Below are positions 15,001 to 28,239 of a DNA stretch of 64,000 bases, in pieces (position 1 is the first letter of the stretch; every line of letters starts with the position of its first letter). This DNA is from Octopus sinensis. Its lineage: Eukaryota. The notes under the pieces are model-generated. The model worked only from the letters and a program-made list of their open reading frames with translations, was not told the DNA's origin and did no database searches. A program made the translations under genes and the position numbers. Location: contig NC_042997.1 in assembly GCF_006345805.1 (NCBI RefSeq), forward strand, positions 211,606,001 through 211,670,000, given 5' to 3'.

Positions 15001-18000
15001 AACGAACCTCTCATATTTTTAAACATATGAGATAATTGATTGAAAAACATCAAAGATCATACAAATTTTCCGAAGGCAGCAAAAAGCCAAGTCAAAAATA
15101 GTTTTAAAGGATTAGAATCTTTTGATCAAGGTAAAATCTTTGTGAGAGTTTTTTTGAGTTTCATGTCATCTAAATGGCGAGATTAAAGGAACCGATGCTC
15201 TTTGGAATCGAAAACGAACCTCTCATATTTTTAAACATATGAGATAATTGATTGAAAAACATCAAAGATGATACAAATTTTCCGAAGGCAGCAAAAAGCC
15301 AAGTCAAAAATAGTTTTAAAGGATTAGAATCTTTTGATCAAGGTAAAATCTTTGTGAGAGTTTTTTTGAGTTTCATGTCATCTAAATGGCGAGATTAAAG
15401 GAACCGATGCTCTTTGGAATCGAAAACGAACCTCTCATATTTTTAAACATATGAGATAATTGATTGAAAAACATCAAAGATCATACAAATTTTCCGAAGG
15501 CAGCAAAAAGCCAAGTCAAAAATAGTTTTAAAGGATTAGAATCTTTTGATCAAGGTAAAATCTTTGTGAGAGTTTTTTTGAGTTTCATGTCATCTAAATG
15601 GCGAGATTAAAGGAACCGATGCTCTTTGGAATCGAAAACGAACCTCTCATATTTTTAAACATATGAGATAATTGATTGAAAAACATCAAAGATGATACAA
15701 ATTTTCCGAAGGCAGCAAAAAGCCAAGTCAAAAATAGTTTTAAAGGATTAGAATCTTTTGATCAAGGTAAAATCTTTGTGAGAGTTTTTTTGAGTTTCAT
15801 GTCATCTAAATGGCGAGATTAAAGGAACCGATGCTCTTTGGAATCGAAAACGAACCTCTCATATTTTTAAACATATGAGATAATTGATTGAAAAACATCA
15901 AAGATCATACAAATTTTCCGAAGGCAGCAAAAAGCCAAGTCAAAAATAGTTTTAAAGGATTAGAATCTTTTGATCAAGGTAAAATCTTTGTGAGAGTTTT
16001 TTTGAGTTTCATGTCATCTAAATGGCGAGATTAAAGGAACCGATGCTCTTTGGAATCGAAAACGAACCTCTCATATTTTTAAACATATGAGATAATTGAT
16101 TGAAAAACATCAAAGATCATACAAATTTTCCGAAGGCAGCAAAAAGCCAAGTCAAAAATAGTTTTAAAGGATTAGAATCTTTTGATCAAGGTAAAATCTT
16201 TGTGAGAGTTTTTTTGAGTTTCATGTCATCTAAATGGCGAGATTAAAGGAACCGATGCTCTTTGGAATCGAAAACGAACCTCTCATATTTTTAAACATAT
16301 GAGATAATTGATTGAAAAACATCAAAGATCATACAAATTTTCCGAAGGCAGCAAAAAGCCAAGTCAAAAATAGTTTTAAAGGATTAGAATCTTTTGATCA
16401 AGGTAAAATCTTTGTGAGAGTTTTTTTGAGTTTCATGTCATCTAAATGGCGAGATTAAAGGAACCGATGCTCTTTGGAATCGAAAACGAACCTCTCATAT
16501 TTTAAACATATGAGATAATTGATTGAAAAACATCAAAGATCATACAAATTTTCCGAAGGCAGCAAAAAGCCAAGTCAAAAATAGTTTTAAAGGATTAGAA
16601 TCTTTTGATCAAGGTAAAATCTTTGTGAGAGTTTTTTTGAGTTTCATGTCATCTAAATGGCGAGATTAAAGGAACCGATGCTCTTTGGAATCGAAAACGA
16701 ACCTCTCATATTTTTAAACATATGAGATAATTGATTGAAAAACATCAAAGATCATACAAATTTTCCGAAGGCAGCAAAAAGCCAAGTCAAAAATAGTTTT
16801 AAAGGATTAGAATCTTTTGATCAAGGTAAAATCTTTGTGAGAGTTTTTTTGAGTTTCATGTCATCTAAATGGCGAGATTAAAGGAACCGATGCTCTTTGG
16901 AATCGAAAACGAACCTCTCATATTTTAAACATATGAGATAATTGATTGAAAAACATCAAAGATGATACAAATTTTCCGAAGGCAGCAAAAAGCCAAGTCA
17001 AAAATAGTTTTAAAGGATTAGAATCTTTTGATCAAGGTAAAATCTTTGTGAGAGTTTTTTTGAGTTTCATGTCATCTAAATGGCGAGATTAAAGGAACCG
17101 ATGCTCTTTGGAATCGAAAACGAACCTCTCATATTTTTAAACATATGAGATAATTGATTGAAAAACATCAAAGATGATACAAATTTTCCGAAGGCAGCAA
17201 AAAGCCAAGTCAAAAATAGTTTTAAAGGATTAGAATCTTTTGATCAAGGTAAAATCTTTGTGAGAGTTTTTTTGAGTTTCATGTCATCTAAATGGCGAGA
17301 TTAAAGGAACCGATGCTCTTTGGAATCGAAAACGAACCTCTCATATTTTTAAACATATGAGATAATTGATTGAAAAACATCAAAGATCATACAAATTTTC
17401 CGAAGGCAGCAAAAAGCCAAGTCAAAAATAGTTTTAAAGGATTAGAATCTTTTGATCAAGGTAAAATCTTTGTGAGAGTTTTTTTGAGTTTCATGTCATC
17501 TAAATGGCGAGATTAAAGGAACCGATGCTCTTTGGAATCGAAAACGAACCTCTCATATATTTAAACATAAAAGATAATTGATTGAAAAACATCAAAGATC
17601 ATACAAATTTTCCGAAGGCAGCAAAAAGCCAAGTCAAAAATAGTTTTAAAGGATTAGAATCTTTTGATCAAGGTAAAATCTTTGTGAGAGTTTTTTTGAG
17701 TTTCATGTCATCTAAATGGCGAGATTAAAGGAACCGATGCTCTTTGGAATCGAAAACGAACCTCTCATATATTTAAACATAAAAGATAATTGATTGAAAA
17801 ACATCAAAGATCATACAAATTTTCCGAAGGCAGCAAAAAGCCAAGTCAAAAATAGTTTTAAAGGATTAGAATCTTTTGATCAAGGTAAAATCTTTGTGAG
17901 AGTTTTTTTGAGTTTCATGTCATCTAAATGGCGAGATGAAAGGAACCGATGCTCTTTGGAATCGAAAACGAACCTCTCATATATTTAAACATAAAAGATA

Positions 18001-21000
18001 ATGGATTGAAAAACATCAAAGATCATACAAATTTTCCGAAGGCAGCAAAAAGCCAAGGCAAAAATAGTTTTAAAGGATTAGAATCTTTTGATCAAGGTAA
18101 AATCTTTGTGAGAGTTTTTTTGAGTTTCATGTCATCTAAATGGCGAGATTAAAGGAACCGATGCTCTTTGGAATCGAAAACGAACCTCTCATATATTTAA
18201 ACATAAAAGATAATTGATTGAAAAACATCAAAGATCATACAAATTTTCCGAAGGCAGCAAAAAGCCAAGTCAAAAATAGTTTTAAAGGATTAGAATCTTT
18301 TGATCAAGGTAAAATCTTTGTGAGAGTTTTTTTGAGTTTCATGTCATCTAAATGGCGAGATTAAAGGAACCGATGCTCTTTGGAATCGAAAACGAACCTC
18401 TCATATATTTAAACATAAAAGATAATGGATTGAAAAACATCAAAGATCATACAAATTTTCCGAAGGCAGCAAAAAGCCAAGTCAAAAATAGTTTTAAAGG
18501 ATTAGAATCTTTTGATCAAGGTAAAATCTTTGTGAGAGTTTTTTTGAGTTTCATGTCATCTAAATGGCGAGATTAAAGGAACCGATGCTCTTTGGAATCG
18601 AAAACGAACCTCTCATATATTTAAACATAAAAGATAATTGATTGAAAAACATCAAAGATCATACAAATTTTCCGAAGGCAGCAAAAAGCCAAGTCAAAAA
18701 TAGTTTTAAAGGATTAGAATCTTTTGATCAAGGTAAAATCTTTGTGAGAGTTTTTTTGAGTTTCATGTCATCTAAATGGCGAGATTAAAGGAACCGATGC
18801 TCTTTGGAATCGAAAACGAACCTCTCATATATTTAAACATAAAAGATAATTGATTGAAAAACATCAAAGATCATACAAATTTTCCGAAGGCAGCAAAAAG
18901 CCAAGTCAAAAATAGTTTTAAAGGATTAGAATCTTTTGATCAAGGTAAAATCTTTGTGAGAGTTTTTTTGAGTTTCATGTCATCTAAATGGCGAGATTAA
19001 AGGAACCGATGCTCTTTGGAATCGAAAACGAACCTCTCATATTTTTAAACATAAGATAATTGATTGAAAAACATCAAAGATGATACAAATTTTCCGAAGG
19101 CAGCAAAAAGCCAAGTCAAAAATAGTTTTAAAGGATTAGAATCTTTTGATCAAGGTAAAATCTTTGTGAGAGTTTTTTTGAGTTTCATGTCATCTAAATG
19201 GCGAGATTAAAGGAACCGATGCTCTTTGGAATCGAAAACGAACCTCTCATATTTTTAAACATAAGATAATTGATTGAAAAACATCAAAGATCATACAAAT
19301 TTTCCGAAGGCAGCAAAAAGCCAAGTCAAAAATAGTTTTAAAGGATTAGAATCTTTTGATCAAGGTAAAATCTTTGTGAGAGTTTTTTTGAGTTTCATGT
19401 CATCTAAATGGCGAGATTAAAGGAACCGATGCTCTTTGGAATCGAAAACGAACCTCTCATATATTTAAACATAAAAGATAATTGATTGAAAAACATCAAA
19501 GATCATACAAATTTTCCGAAGGCAGCAAAAAGCCAAGTCAAAAATAGTTTTAAAGGATTAGAATCTTTTGATCAAGGTAAAATCTTTGTGAGAGTTTTTT
19601 TGAGTTTCATGTCATCTAAATGGCGAGATTAAAGGAACCGATGCTCTTTGGAATCGAAAACGAACCTCTCATATATTTAAACATAAAAGATAATTGATTG
19701 AAAAACATCAAAGATCATACAAATTTTCCGAAGGCAGCAAAAAGCCAAGTCAAAAATAGTTTTAAAGGATTAGAATCTTTTGATCAAGGTAAAATCTTTG
19801 TGAGAGTTTTTTTGAGTTTCATGTCATCTAAATGGCGAGATTAAAGGAACCGATGCTCTTTGGAATCGAAAACGAACCTCTCATATATTTAAACATAAAA
19901 GATAATGGATTGAAAAACATCAAAGATCATACAAATTTTCCGAAGGCAGCAAAAAGCCAAGTCAAAAATAGTTTTAAAGGATTAGAATCTTTTGATCAAG
20001 GTAAAATCTTTGTGAGAGTTTTTTTGAGTTTCATGTCATCTAAATGGCGAGATTAAAGGAACCGATGCTCTTTGGAATCGAAAACGAACCTCTCATATAT
20101 TTAAACATAAAAGATAATGGATTGAAAAACATCAAAGATGATACAAATTTTCCGAAGGCAGCAAAAAGCCAAGTCAAAAATAGTTTTAAAGGATTAGAAT
20201 CTTTTGATCAAGGTAAAATCTTTGTGAGAGTTTTTTTGAGTTTCATGTCATCTAAATGGCGAGATTAAAGGAACCGATGCTCTTTGGAATCGAAAACGAA
20301 CCTCTCATATTTTTAAACATATGAGATAATTGATTGAAAAACATCAAAGATCATACAAATTTTCCGAAGGCAGCAAAAAGCCAAGTCAAAAATAGTTTTA
20401 AAGGATTAGAATCTTTTGATCAAGGTAAAATCTTTGTGAGAGTTTTTTTGAGTTTCATGTCATCTAAATGGCGAGATTAAAGGAACCGATGCTCTTTGGA
20501 ATCGAAAACGAACCTCTCATATTTTTAAACATATGAGATAATTGATTGAAAAACATCAAAGATGATACAAATTTTCCGAAGGCAGCAAAAAGCCAAGTCA
20601 AAAATAGTTTTAAAGGATTAGAATCTTTTGATCAAGGTAAAATCTTTGTGAGAGTTTTTTTGAGTTTCATGTCATCTAAATGGCGAGATTAAAGGAACCG
20701 ATGCTCTTTGGAATCGAAAACGAACCTCTCATATTTTTAAACATAAAAGATAATGGATTGAAAAACATCAAAGATCATACAAATTTTCCGAAGGCAGCAA
20801 AAAGCCAAGTCAAAAATAGTTTTAAAGGATTAGAATCTTTTGATCAAGGTAAAATCTTTGTGAGAGTTTTTTTGAGTTTCATGTCATCTAAATGGCGAGA
20901 TTAAAGGAACCGATGCTCTTTGGAATCGAAAACGAACCTCTCATATATTTAAACATAAAAGATAATGATTGAAAAACATCAAAGATCATACAAATTTTCC

Positions 21001-24000
21001 GAAGGCAGCAAAAAGCCAAGTCAAAAATAGTTTTAAAGGATTAGAATCTTTTGATCAAGGTAAAATCTTTGTGAGAGTTTTTTTGAGTTTCATGTCATCT
21101 AAATGGCGAGATTAAAGGAACCGATGCTCTTTGGAATCGAAAACGAACCTCTCATATATTTAAACATAAAAGATAATTGATTGAAAAACATCAAAGATCA
21201 TACAAATTTTCCGAAGGCAGCAAAAAGCCAAGTCAAAAATAGTTTTAAAGGATTAGAATCTTTTGATCAAGGTAAAATCTTTGTGAGAGTTTTTTTGAGT
21301 TTCATGTCATCTAAATGGCGAGATTAAAGGAACCGATGCTCTTTGGAATCGAAAACGAACCTCTCATATATTTAAACATAAAAGATAATGATTGAAAAAC
21401 ATCAAAGATCATACAAATTTTCCGAAGGCAGCAAAAAGCCAAGTCAAAAATAGTTTTAAAGGATTAGAATCTTTTGATCAAGGTAAAATCTTTGTGAGAG
21501 TTTTTTTGAGTTTCATGTCATCTAAATGGCGAGATTAAAGGAACCGATGCTCTTTGGAATCGAAAACGAACCTCTCATATATTTAAACATAAAAGATAAT
21601 GATTGAAAAACATCAAAGATCATACAAATTTTCCGAAGGCAGCAAAAAGCCAAGTCAAAAATAGTTTTAAAGGATTAGAATCTTTTGATCAAGGTAAAAT
21701 CTTTGTGAGAGTTTTTTTGAGTTTCATGTCATCTAAATGGCGAGATTAAAGGAACCGATGCTCTTTGGAATCGAAAACGAACCTCTCATATATTTAAACA
21801 TAAAGATAATTGATTGAAAAACATCAAAGATCATACAAATTTTCCGAAGGCAGCAAAAAGCCAAGTCAAAAATAGTTTTAAAGGATTAGAATCTTTTGAT
21901 CAAGGTAAAATCTTTGTGAGAGTTTTTTTGAGTTTCATGTCATCTAAATGGCGAGATTAAAGGAACCGATGCTCTTTGGAATCGAAAACGAACCTCTCAT
22001 ATATTTAAACATAAAAGATAATTGATTGAAAAACATCAAAGATGATACAAATTTTCCGAAGGCAGCAAAAAGCCAAGTCAAAAATAGTTTTAAAGGATTA
22101 GAATCTTTTGATCAAGGTAAAATCTTTGTGAGAGTTTTTTTGAGTTTCATGTCATCTAAATGGCGAGATTAAAGGAACCGATGCTCTTTGGAATCGAAAA
22201 CGAACCTCTCATATTTTAAACATATGAGATAATTGATTGAAAAACATCAAAGATCATACAAATTTTCCGAAGGCAGCAAAAAGCCAAGTCAAAAATAGTT
22301 TTAAAGGATTAGAATCTTTTGATCAAGGTAAAATCTTTGTGAGAGTTTTTTTGAGTTTCATGTCATCTAAATGGCGAGATTAAAGGAACCGATGCTCTTT
22401 GGAATCGAAAACGAACCTCTCATATATTTAAACATAAAAGATAATTGATTGAAAAACATCAAAGATGATACAAATTTTCCGAAGGCAGCAAAAAGCCAAG
22501 TCAAAAATAGTTTTAAAGGATTAGAATCTTTTGATCAAGGTAAAATCTTTGTGAGAGTTTTTTTGAGTTTCATGTCATCTAAATGGCGAGATTAAAGGAA
22601 CCGATGCTCTTTGGAATCGAAAACGAACCTCTCATATATTTAAACATAAAAGATAATGGATTGAAAAACATCAAAGATCATACAAATTTTCCGAAGGCAG
22701 CAAAAAGCCAAGTCAAAAATAGTTTTAAAGGATTAGAATCTTTTGATCAAGGTAAAATCTTTGTGAGAGTTTTTTTGAGTTTCATGTCATCTAAATGGCG
22801 AGATTAAAGGAACCGATGCTCTTTGGAATCGAAAACGAACCTCTCATATATTTAAACATAAAAGATAATGGATTGAAAAACATCAAAGATCATACAAATT
22901 TTCCGAAGGCAGCAAAAAGCCAAGTCAAAAATAGTTTTAAAGGATTACAATCTTTTGATCAAGGTAAAATCTTTGTGAGAGTTTTTTTGAGTTTCATGTC
23001 ATCTAAATGGCGAGATTAAAGGAACCGATGCTCTTTGGAATCGAAAACGAACCTCTCATATATTTAAACATAAAAGATAATGGATTGAAAAACATCAAAG
23101 ATCATACAAATTTTCCGAAGGCAGCAAAAAGCCAAGTCAAAAATAGTTTTAAAGGATTACAATCTTTTGATCAAGGTAAAATCTTTGTGAGAGTTTTTTT
23201 GAGTTTCATGTCATCTAAATGGCGAGATTAAAGGAACCGATGCTCTTTGGAATCGAAAACGAACCTCTCATATATTTAAACATAAAAGATAATTGATTGA
23301 AAAACATCAAAGATGATACAAATTTTCCGAGGCAGCAAAAAGCCAAGTGAAAAATAGTTTTAAAGATTAGAATCTTTTGATCAAGGAAAAATCTTTGTGT
23401 GAGTTTTTTTGAGTTTCATGTCATCTAAATGGCGAGATTAAAGGAACCGATGCTCTTTGGAATCGAAAACGAACCTCTCATATATTTAAACATAAAAGAT
23501 AATTGATTGAAAAACATCAAAGATGATACAAATTTTCCGAGGCAGCAAAAAGCCAAGTGAAAAATAGTTTTAAAGGATTAGAATCTTTTGATCAAGGAAA
23601 AATCTTTGTGTGAGTTTTTTTGAGTTTCATGTCATCTAAATGGCGAGATTAAAGGAACCGATGCTCTTTGGAATCGAAAACGAACCTCTCATATATTTAA
23701 ACCTAAAAGATAATTGATTGAAAAACATCAAAGATGATACAAATTTTCCGAAGGCAGCAAAAAGCCAAGTGAAAAATAGTTTTAAAGGATTAGAATCTTT
23801 TGATCAAGGTAAAATCTTTGTGAGAGTTTTTTTGAGTTTCATGTCATCTAAATGGCGAGATTAAAGGAACCGATGCTCTTTGGAATCGAAAACGAACCTC
23901 TCATATATTTAAACCTAAAAGATAATTGATTGAAAAACATCAAAGATGATACAAATTTTCCGAAGGCAGCAAAAAGCCAAGTGAAAAATAGTTTTAAAGG

Positions 24001-24033
24001 ATTAGAATCTTTTGATCAAGGTAAAATCTTTGT
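1..24033. repeat. Satellite DNA array, 212-bp AT-rich monomer (variants 209-212 bp), about 113 full copies plus a half copy; continues beyond the left window edge
   Basis: TTGATTGAAAAACATCAAAGAT recurs at 1, 213, 425, 637 and so on up to 23926. The array stops abruptly after ...GGTAAAATCTTTGT at 24033. The first 62 copies differ only at one C/G site and one 1-bp T-run indel. Confidence 0.99.
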
Positions 24034-24854
24034 CTTCTCATTTGTTGTCTTTGTATTTATATTAAGGTGAGAGAAGAAATGTAATTTTGAACTTCATTTA
24101 ATATTGGCATCTCTAGGAACTGAATCAAAATTTGTGCCCTTAAATAAAGTGGGTTTTTTTGTCCTTTATCGTAGCTAAACAAAGTTGGCAACCCTCCTTC
24201 ATCCTGCTGCCTGAAAGGGAAAACGAACATAGAAAATATGCTGGAAATAATAGCCAAATCCCACAAAACTGCAATAACATAATGAAATAAATATGGAATG
24301 AATCTACTCGCCTTCTTTTCTGAAAAGGTTTCTTTCAGAGTAATCCGTGACAAAGTGAAATGAAAGTGTTTTCGTTTTTGACGAGTGAAACCTCCCAGCC
24401 ATGGACGGCCGTCGGGAATAAACTCGGGCAAAAGGGTTTGAGAAATGTTATAAGAAATTCTGGGAATCTTTTCTTCGCCATAAATCCATAAATTTCTCCA
24501 AACATAGATCCGTCAACGCCAGACCATTTCCTATCGCCCGAATCACCCAACCATACACTTTGACTATTCGGGACCAACAGACCTCGACTTGCTTTCCGCA
24601 ACGGAACGGGTTGCGGTAATCTTCGGGATGAGGAGGGGGGGGGTCTTTTTTTTTAAATTGAAATTTTACAAACAATTTTTCTTTTCAGAATCGGACATCT
24701 CCATAGCCGAAACGTGGGATTCCATAAAAACAAATTTTTTTTTTCTTAAGGGATGGACGGGTCCCTTTACGTCTCCGCCACGTACTGGTTCAGTGAATTT
24801 ACGGAATTTACCGAATGCTGTCTCATTCTTTTTTTTTTTTCTTTTCTACCCACA

Positions 24855-25010
24855 AGGGGACAAACAAGGACAGACAAATGGATTAAATCGATTACATAGA
24901 CTCCAGTGCGTAACTGGTACTTAATTTTATCGGCCCCGAAAGGATGAAAGGCAAAGTCGACCTCGGCGGAATTTGAACTCAGAACGTAACGGCAGACGAA
25001 ACACCACAAA
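24855..25010 (-). mobile_element. tRNA-derived SINE fragment (family A)
   Basis: Reverse complement of the unit at 25500-26025 (GAAAGGATGAAAGGCAAAGTCGACCTCGGCGGAATTTGAACTCAGAACGTA). Confidence 0.8.
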
Positions 25011-25159
25011 CTTCTCATTGTTTATTTTGGCACAACGGGGCCATAACACACAGAGGGGACAGTACAAGAACTGAGAGGACATTACGGTGGGGATATAAAA
25101 CATTTGAACGAACGAAGGAAGGATGAATTCTAATAATGGGGGTGAAAATGGATGCATGC

Positions 25160-26600
25160 TATCCACTCGCAAGCAGAATAAATTTTAAATGTTTTTCTTT
25201 TTTCTCTTTTATTCCGTTTTGTATCAGTATTATAGTCATTAAATTTGCTTTTCCCCACCCTTTTATGTACGGTAGTTGGTCCTCATAATCTATCACTGGC
25301 GGCAAGTCATCAAACTCCACGCGTTCTCCTTCTGGGTCGATCTTATTTCCAAATAATTCTCCCAGTTCTTCACATCCTTCTTTGTCAATCACAATTGCCT
25401 TGCTGTTTCTCTGGATAATATTCCGTCGTTAACTTCTAAGGCGGCGAGCTGGCAGAACCGTTAGCACGCCGGGCGAAATGTTTGGCGGTATTCCGTCCGT
25501 CCCTACGTTCTGAGTTCAAATTCCACCGAGATCGATTTTGCCTTTCATCCTTTCGGGGTCAATTAAATAAGTACCAGTCACGCACTGAGGGTCGATATAA
25601 TCGACTTAATCCGTTTGTCTGTCCTTGTTTGTCCCCTCTGTGTTTAGCCCCTTGTGGGTAGTAAAGAAATAGATATTTCGTCTGCCGCTACGTTCTGAGT
25701 TCAAATCCCGCCGAGGTCGACTTTGTCTTTCATCCTTTCGGGGTCAATTAAATAAGTACCAGTTACGCACTGGGGTCGATGTAATCGACTTAATCCGTTT
25801 GTCTGTCCTTGTTTGTCCCCTCTGTGTTTAGCCCCTTGTGGGTAGTAAAGAAATAGGTATTTCGTCTGCCGCTACGTTCTGAGTTCAAATCCCGCCGAGG
25901 TCGACTTTGCCTTTCATCCTTTCGGGGTCAATTAAATAAGTACCAGTTACTCACTGGGGTCGATATAATCGACTTAATCCGTTTGTCCCCTCTGTGTTTA
26001 GCCCCCTGTGGGTAGTAAAGAAATAGATAATATTCCGTTATTAACTTCACTCTCGCAACCGTCTTCATTTTGGTTATTCTCTTTTTCAATTTCCGTGTTT
26101 TTCGAATATGTCACCATCTGCCATTTCTTCTTTTTTGGTTCTTATTTGTTCCTGTGTTTCCAATTGGTTTTCTACTTTGGTTTCCCTTGTTGCCATTGTT
26201 GGAATCTCCTGCTGTGTCTCTTCCAGTTTATTTTCCTTCCTCTTTGGACCCTTTGGCGGTGAGTCTACGTATTCCTTCCTTTTTCTTTTTACCTATTCAC
26301 CACCTTATTTTATTCTTCCTCCACCTTCTCTGGACACTGGTCACTCACTCACTGGGGTCGCCGCTTCGACATTTTGCTCCTGCTCGTTGCCCCTTGTCGC
26401 TGCTGTTCCTGTTCATCTTTCTCGTCGTTCTGGGCCACACCCTTGCTCTCATGTGTCCCCTTGCTCCACACTGGTAACAGGTCGGAGCTCTTCCCCCCAT
26501 CACTAACTCTTAATTTCACCAAGTCTTGCAATGTCACCTTGTATCACCACCTCTTTCGTTCTCGTTACTGTTAAAACTTTCACCGCCTCCTCTTCCGTGT
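25160..26600 (-). mobile_element. Degraded LINE ORF1-like relic (L1/Tx1-type) with a zinc-knuckle remnant, interrupted by a SINE
   Basis: The minus strand encodes PTCYQCGARGHMRAR (degenerate CCHC knuckle) followed by K/E-rich, stop-ridden frames. The sequence is continuous across the SINE insertion through a 23-bp duplication. Confidence 0.5.
25437..26025 (+). mobile_element. tRNA-derived SINE (family A) with three tandem ~180-bp internal units and a 23-bp target-site duplication
   Basis: Head GGCGGCGAGCTGGCAGAACCGTTAGC, B-box-like GAGTTCAAAT repeated in each unit. Flanks are GATAATATTCCGTCGTTAACTTC (25414-25436) and GATAATATTCCGTTATTAACTTC (26026-26048). Confidence 0.85.
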
Positions 26601-27077
26601 TGTACTTAATGCCTCTACGTTCTGAGTTCAAATTCCGCCGAGGTCAACAACCTTGGCTATACACACCATCAAGTAAACCGCAGTCAGCATTTTGTTGATC
26701 CAGTCAACCCATCAGTCCACACTCAAAATATTGAGCGTTTATGGCGAATGCTCTAGAATAGTATAATTTGATCTGGAATGGGGCCCGAATACCTGAAGCA
26801 GTAGGTCGCTTGGTTCCTTTTCCTAGGGGCTGCCTCACCACCAACCCAGCGACTTCATAAGTTTCTTGTGGGGGCTGCAACATTATATCCATGTTCCTGA
26901 AGACAAGGAAGACTATACACAAACATTATTTTAATTAGTATCTTTTAAAACACACAACTGAGGCCCTATGGGTCCCAAATCAAAAGATGGTTGAAGTGTA
27001 TTACTGGATCATCGGGTGATATGAAATTGCCCAAGTTCATCCCCGCCAAATTACAACAGCGTACATGGCGGAGGGTG

Positions 27078-27215
27078 AGGGCGCGTGGCTTAGTGGTTAG
27101 GGCATTCGGCTCATGATCGTAAGGTTGTGAGTTCGATTCCCGGCGACGCGTTGTGTCCTTGAGCAAGACACTTTATTTCACGTTGCTCCAGTCCACTCAG
27201 CTGGCAAAAATGAGT
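27078..27215 (+). mobile_element. tRNA-derived SINE head and core (family B)
   Basis: A box TGGCTTAGTGG and B box GTTCGATTC, followed by TTGTGTCCTTGAGCAAGACACTT, a typical SINE core sequence. Confidence 0.8.
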
Positions 27216-27434
27216 TTAGACAGAGGAATGCAGTGGCGAGGGTTGTATTAATCAATTTCGGAGTTTCCTCACAGAAAATTAGAAATGAATTATTTTTAAC
27301 CAATGCAATAGGTGGACGTACGCTTGTCACTGAAGCCATTCATTCATTCATAAAGTATATAAAACCGGGAACGAACACAGAATTAAGACTGTTGGGGCTA
27401 CACAAAATCTACCCGACGACTTAGTTTACACATA

Positions 27435-28239
27435 TTGGATCTTTTCGGTTTGAACGGCAGTTTTTAACACAATTTCTAGTTAACTAAACACTTTTAAACT
27501 TCGTATACTGTTAGAATGTGTTTATAAAACATCATTTTTTCTTGGCTTTATTGAGAAAATTCTATAGTTTGTAAGATATTTTGTCTGAAATTTCGAGCAT
27601 TTCGGCAATTTTAACCAATCGCTCACCTCCATTTTGGGTGAAAAGATTCCGTGCTGTATGTATATGTCCCTCGTTTAAGAAACAGATTGGGTTTATTTAC
27701 ATTTTCGAAGAAAAAAGATACCCTTCCCCCACCCCTAACCCTAACTCTCACCCTAAATATAAAATAGATTGAAATGCAATAGATCGATACTAGGGTTATA
27801 ATTATGGGTGACATTTTCATTTGACACCGCTAGAAAAAAATCCCATTTCCTATAGCGGTGTCGTATGAAATTGTCACCCATAATTATGACCCTAGTATCG
27901 ATCTATTGCATTGCAATCTATTTTAGGGTTAGGGTTAGGGGTGGGGGAAGGGTATCTTTTTTTCTTCGCAAATGTAAATAAACCCAATCTGTTTCTTAAA
28001 CAAGGGACATATTCATACAGCACGGAATCTTTTCACCCCAAACGGAGGTGAGCGATTGGTTAAAATTGCCGAAATGCTCGATTTTAAAGTGGAAATATGT
28101 TACAACATATAGAATTGTCTCAACAAAGCCAAGAAAAAATGATGTTTTATAAACACATTCTACCAGTATACAAAGTTTAAAAGTGTTTAGTTAACTAGAA
28201 ATTGTGTTGACATCTGCCGTTCAAAAGGAAGAGATCCAA
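27435..28239. mobile_element. Foldback/MITE-type element: ~800-bp imperfect palindrome with ~390-bp arms, containing short TTAGGG runs
   Basis: Left end TTGGATCTTTTCGGTTTGAACGGCAG mirrors right end CTGCCGTTCAAAAGGAAGAGATCCAA. Centre is GACACCGCTA, a 20-bp spacer, then TAGCGGTGTC. CCCTAACCCTAA and TTAGGGTTAGGG sit inside the arms. Confidence 0.9.

Noticed and set aside
17794-23231. Repeated 64-74 aa ORFs (MARLKEPMLFGIENE...) in the satellite
   Set aside because: They appear only where a T-to-G change or an indel removes a stop in some monomers. No domain similarity was recognised and most copies are closed.
1-24033. CRISPR-like array or CENP-B box
   Set aside because: There are no unique spacers; the monomers are contiguous. 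TTCGTTTTCG on the minus strand lacks the CGGG half of a CENP-B box.
26008-26574. Hydrophobic plus-strand ORFs of 66-135 aa
   Set aside because: Antisense shadows of a purine-rich LINE ORF1 relic.
27078-27150. tRNA gene
   Set aside because: A and B boxes are present, but the T stem is broken and the sequence runs directly into a SINE core.
27733-27941. True telomere or interstitial telomeric array
   Set aside because: Only 2-3 units each, embedded in a foldback element.
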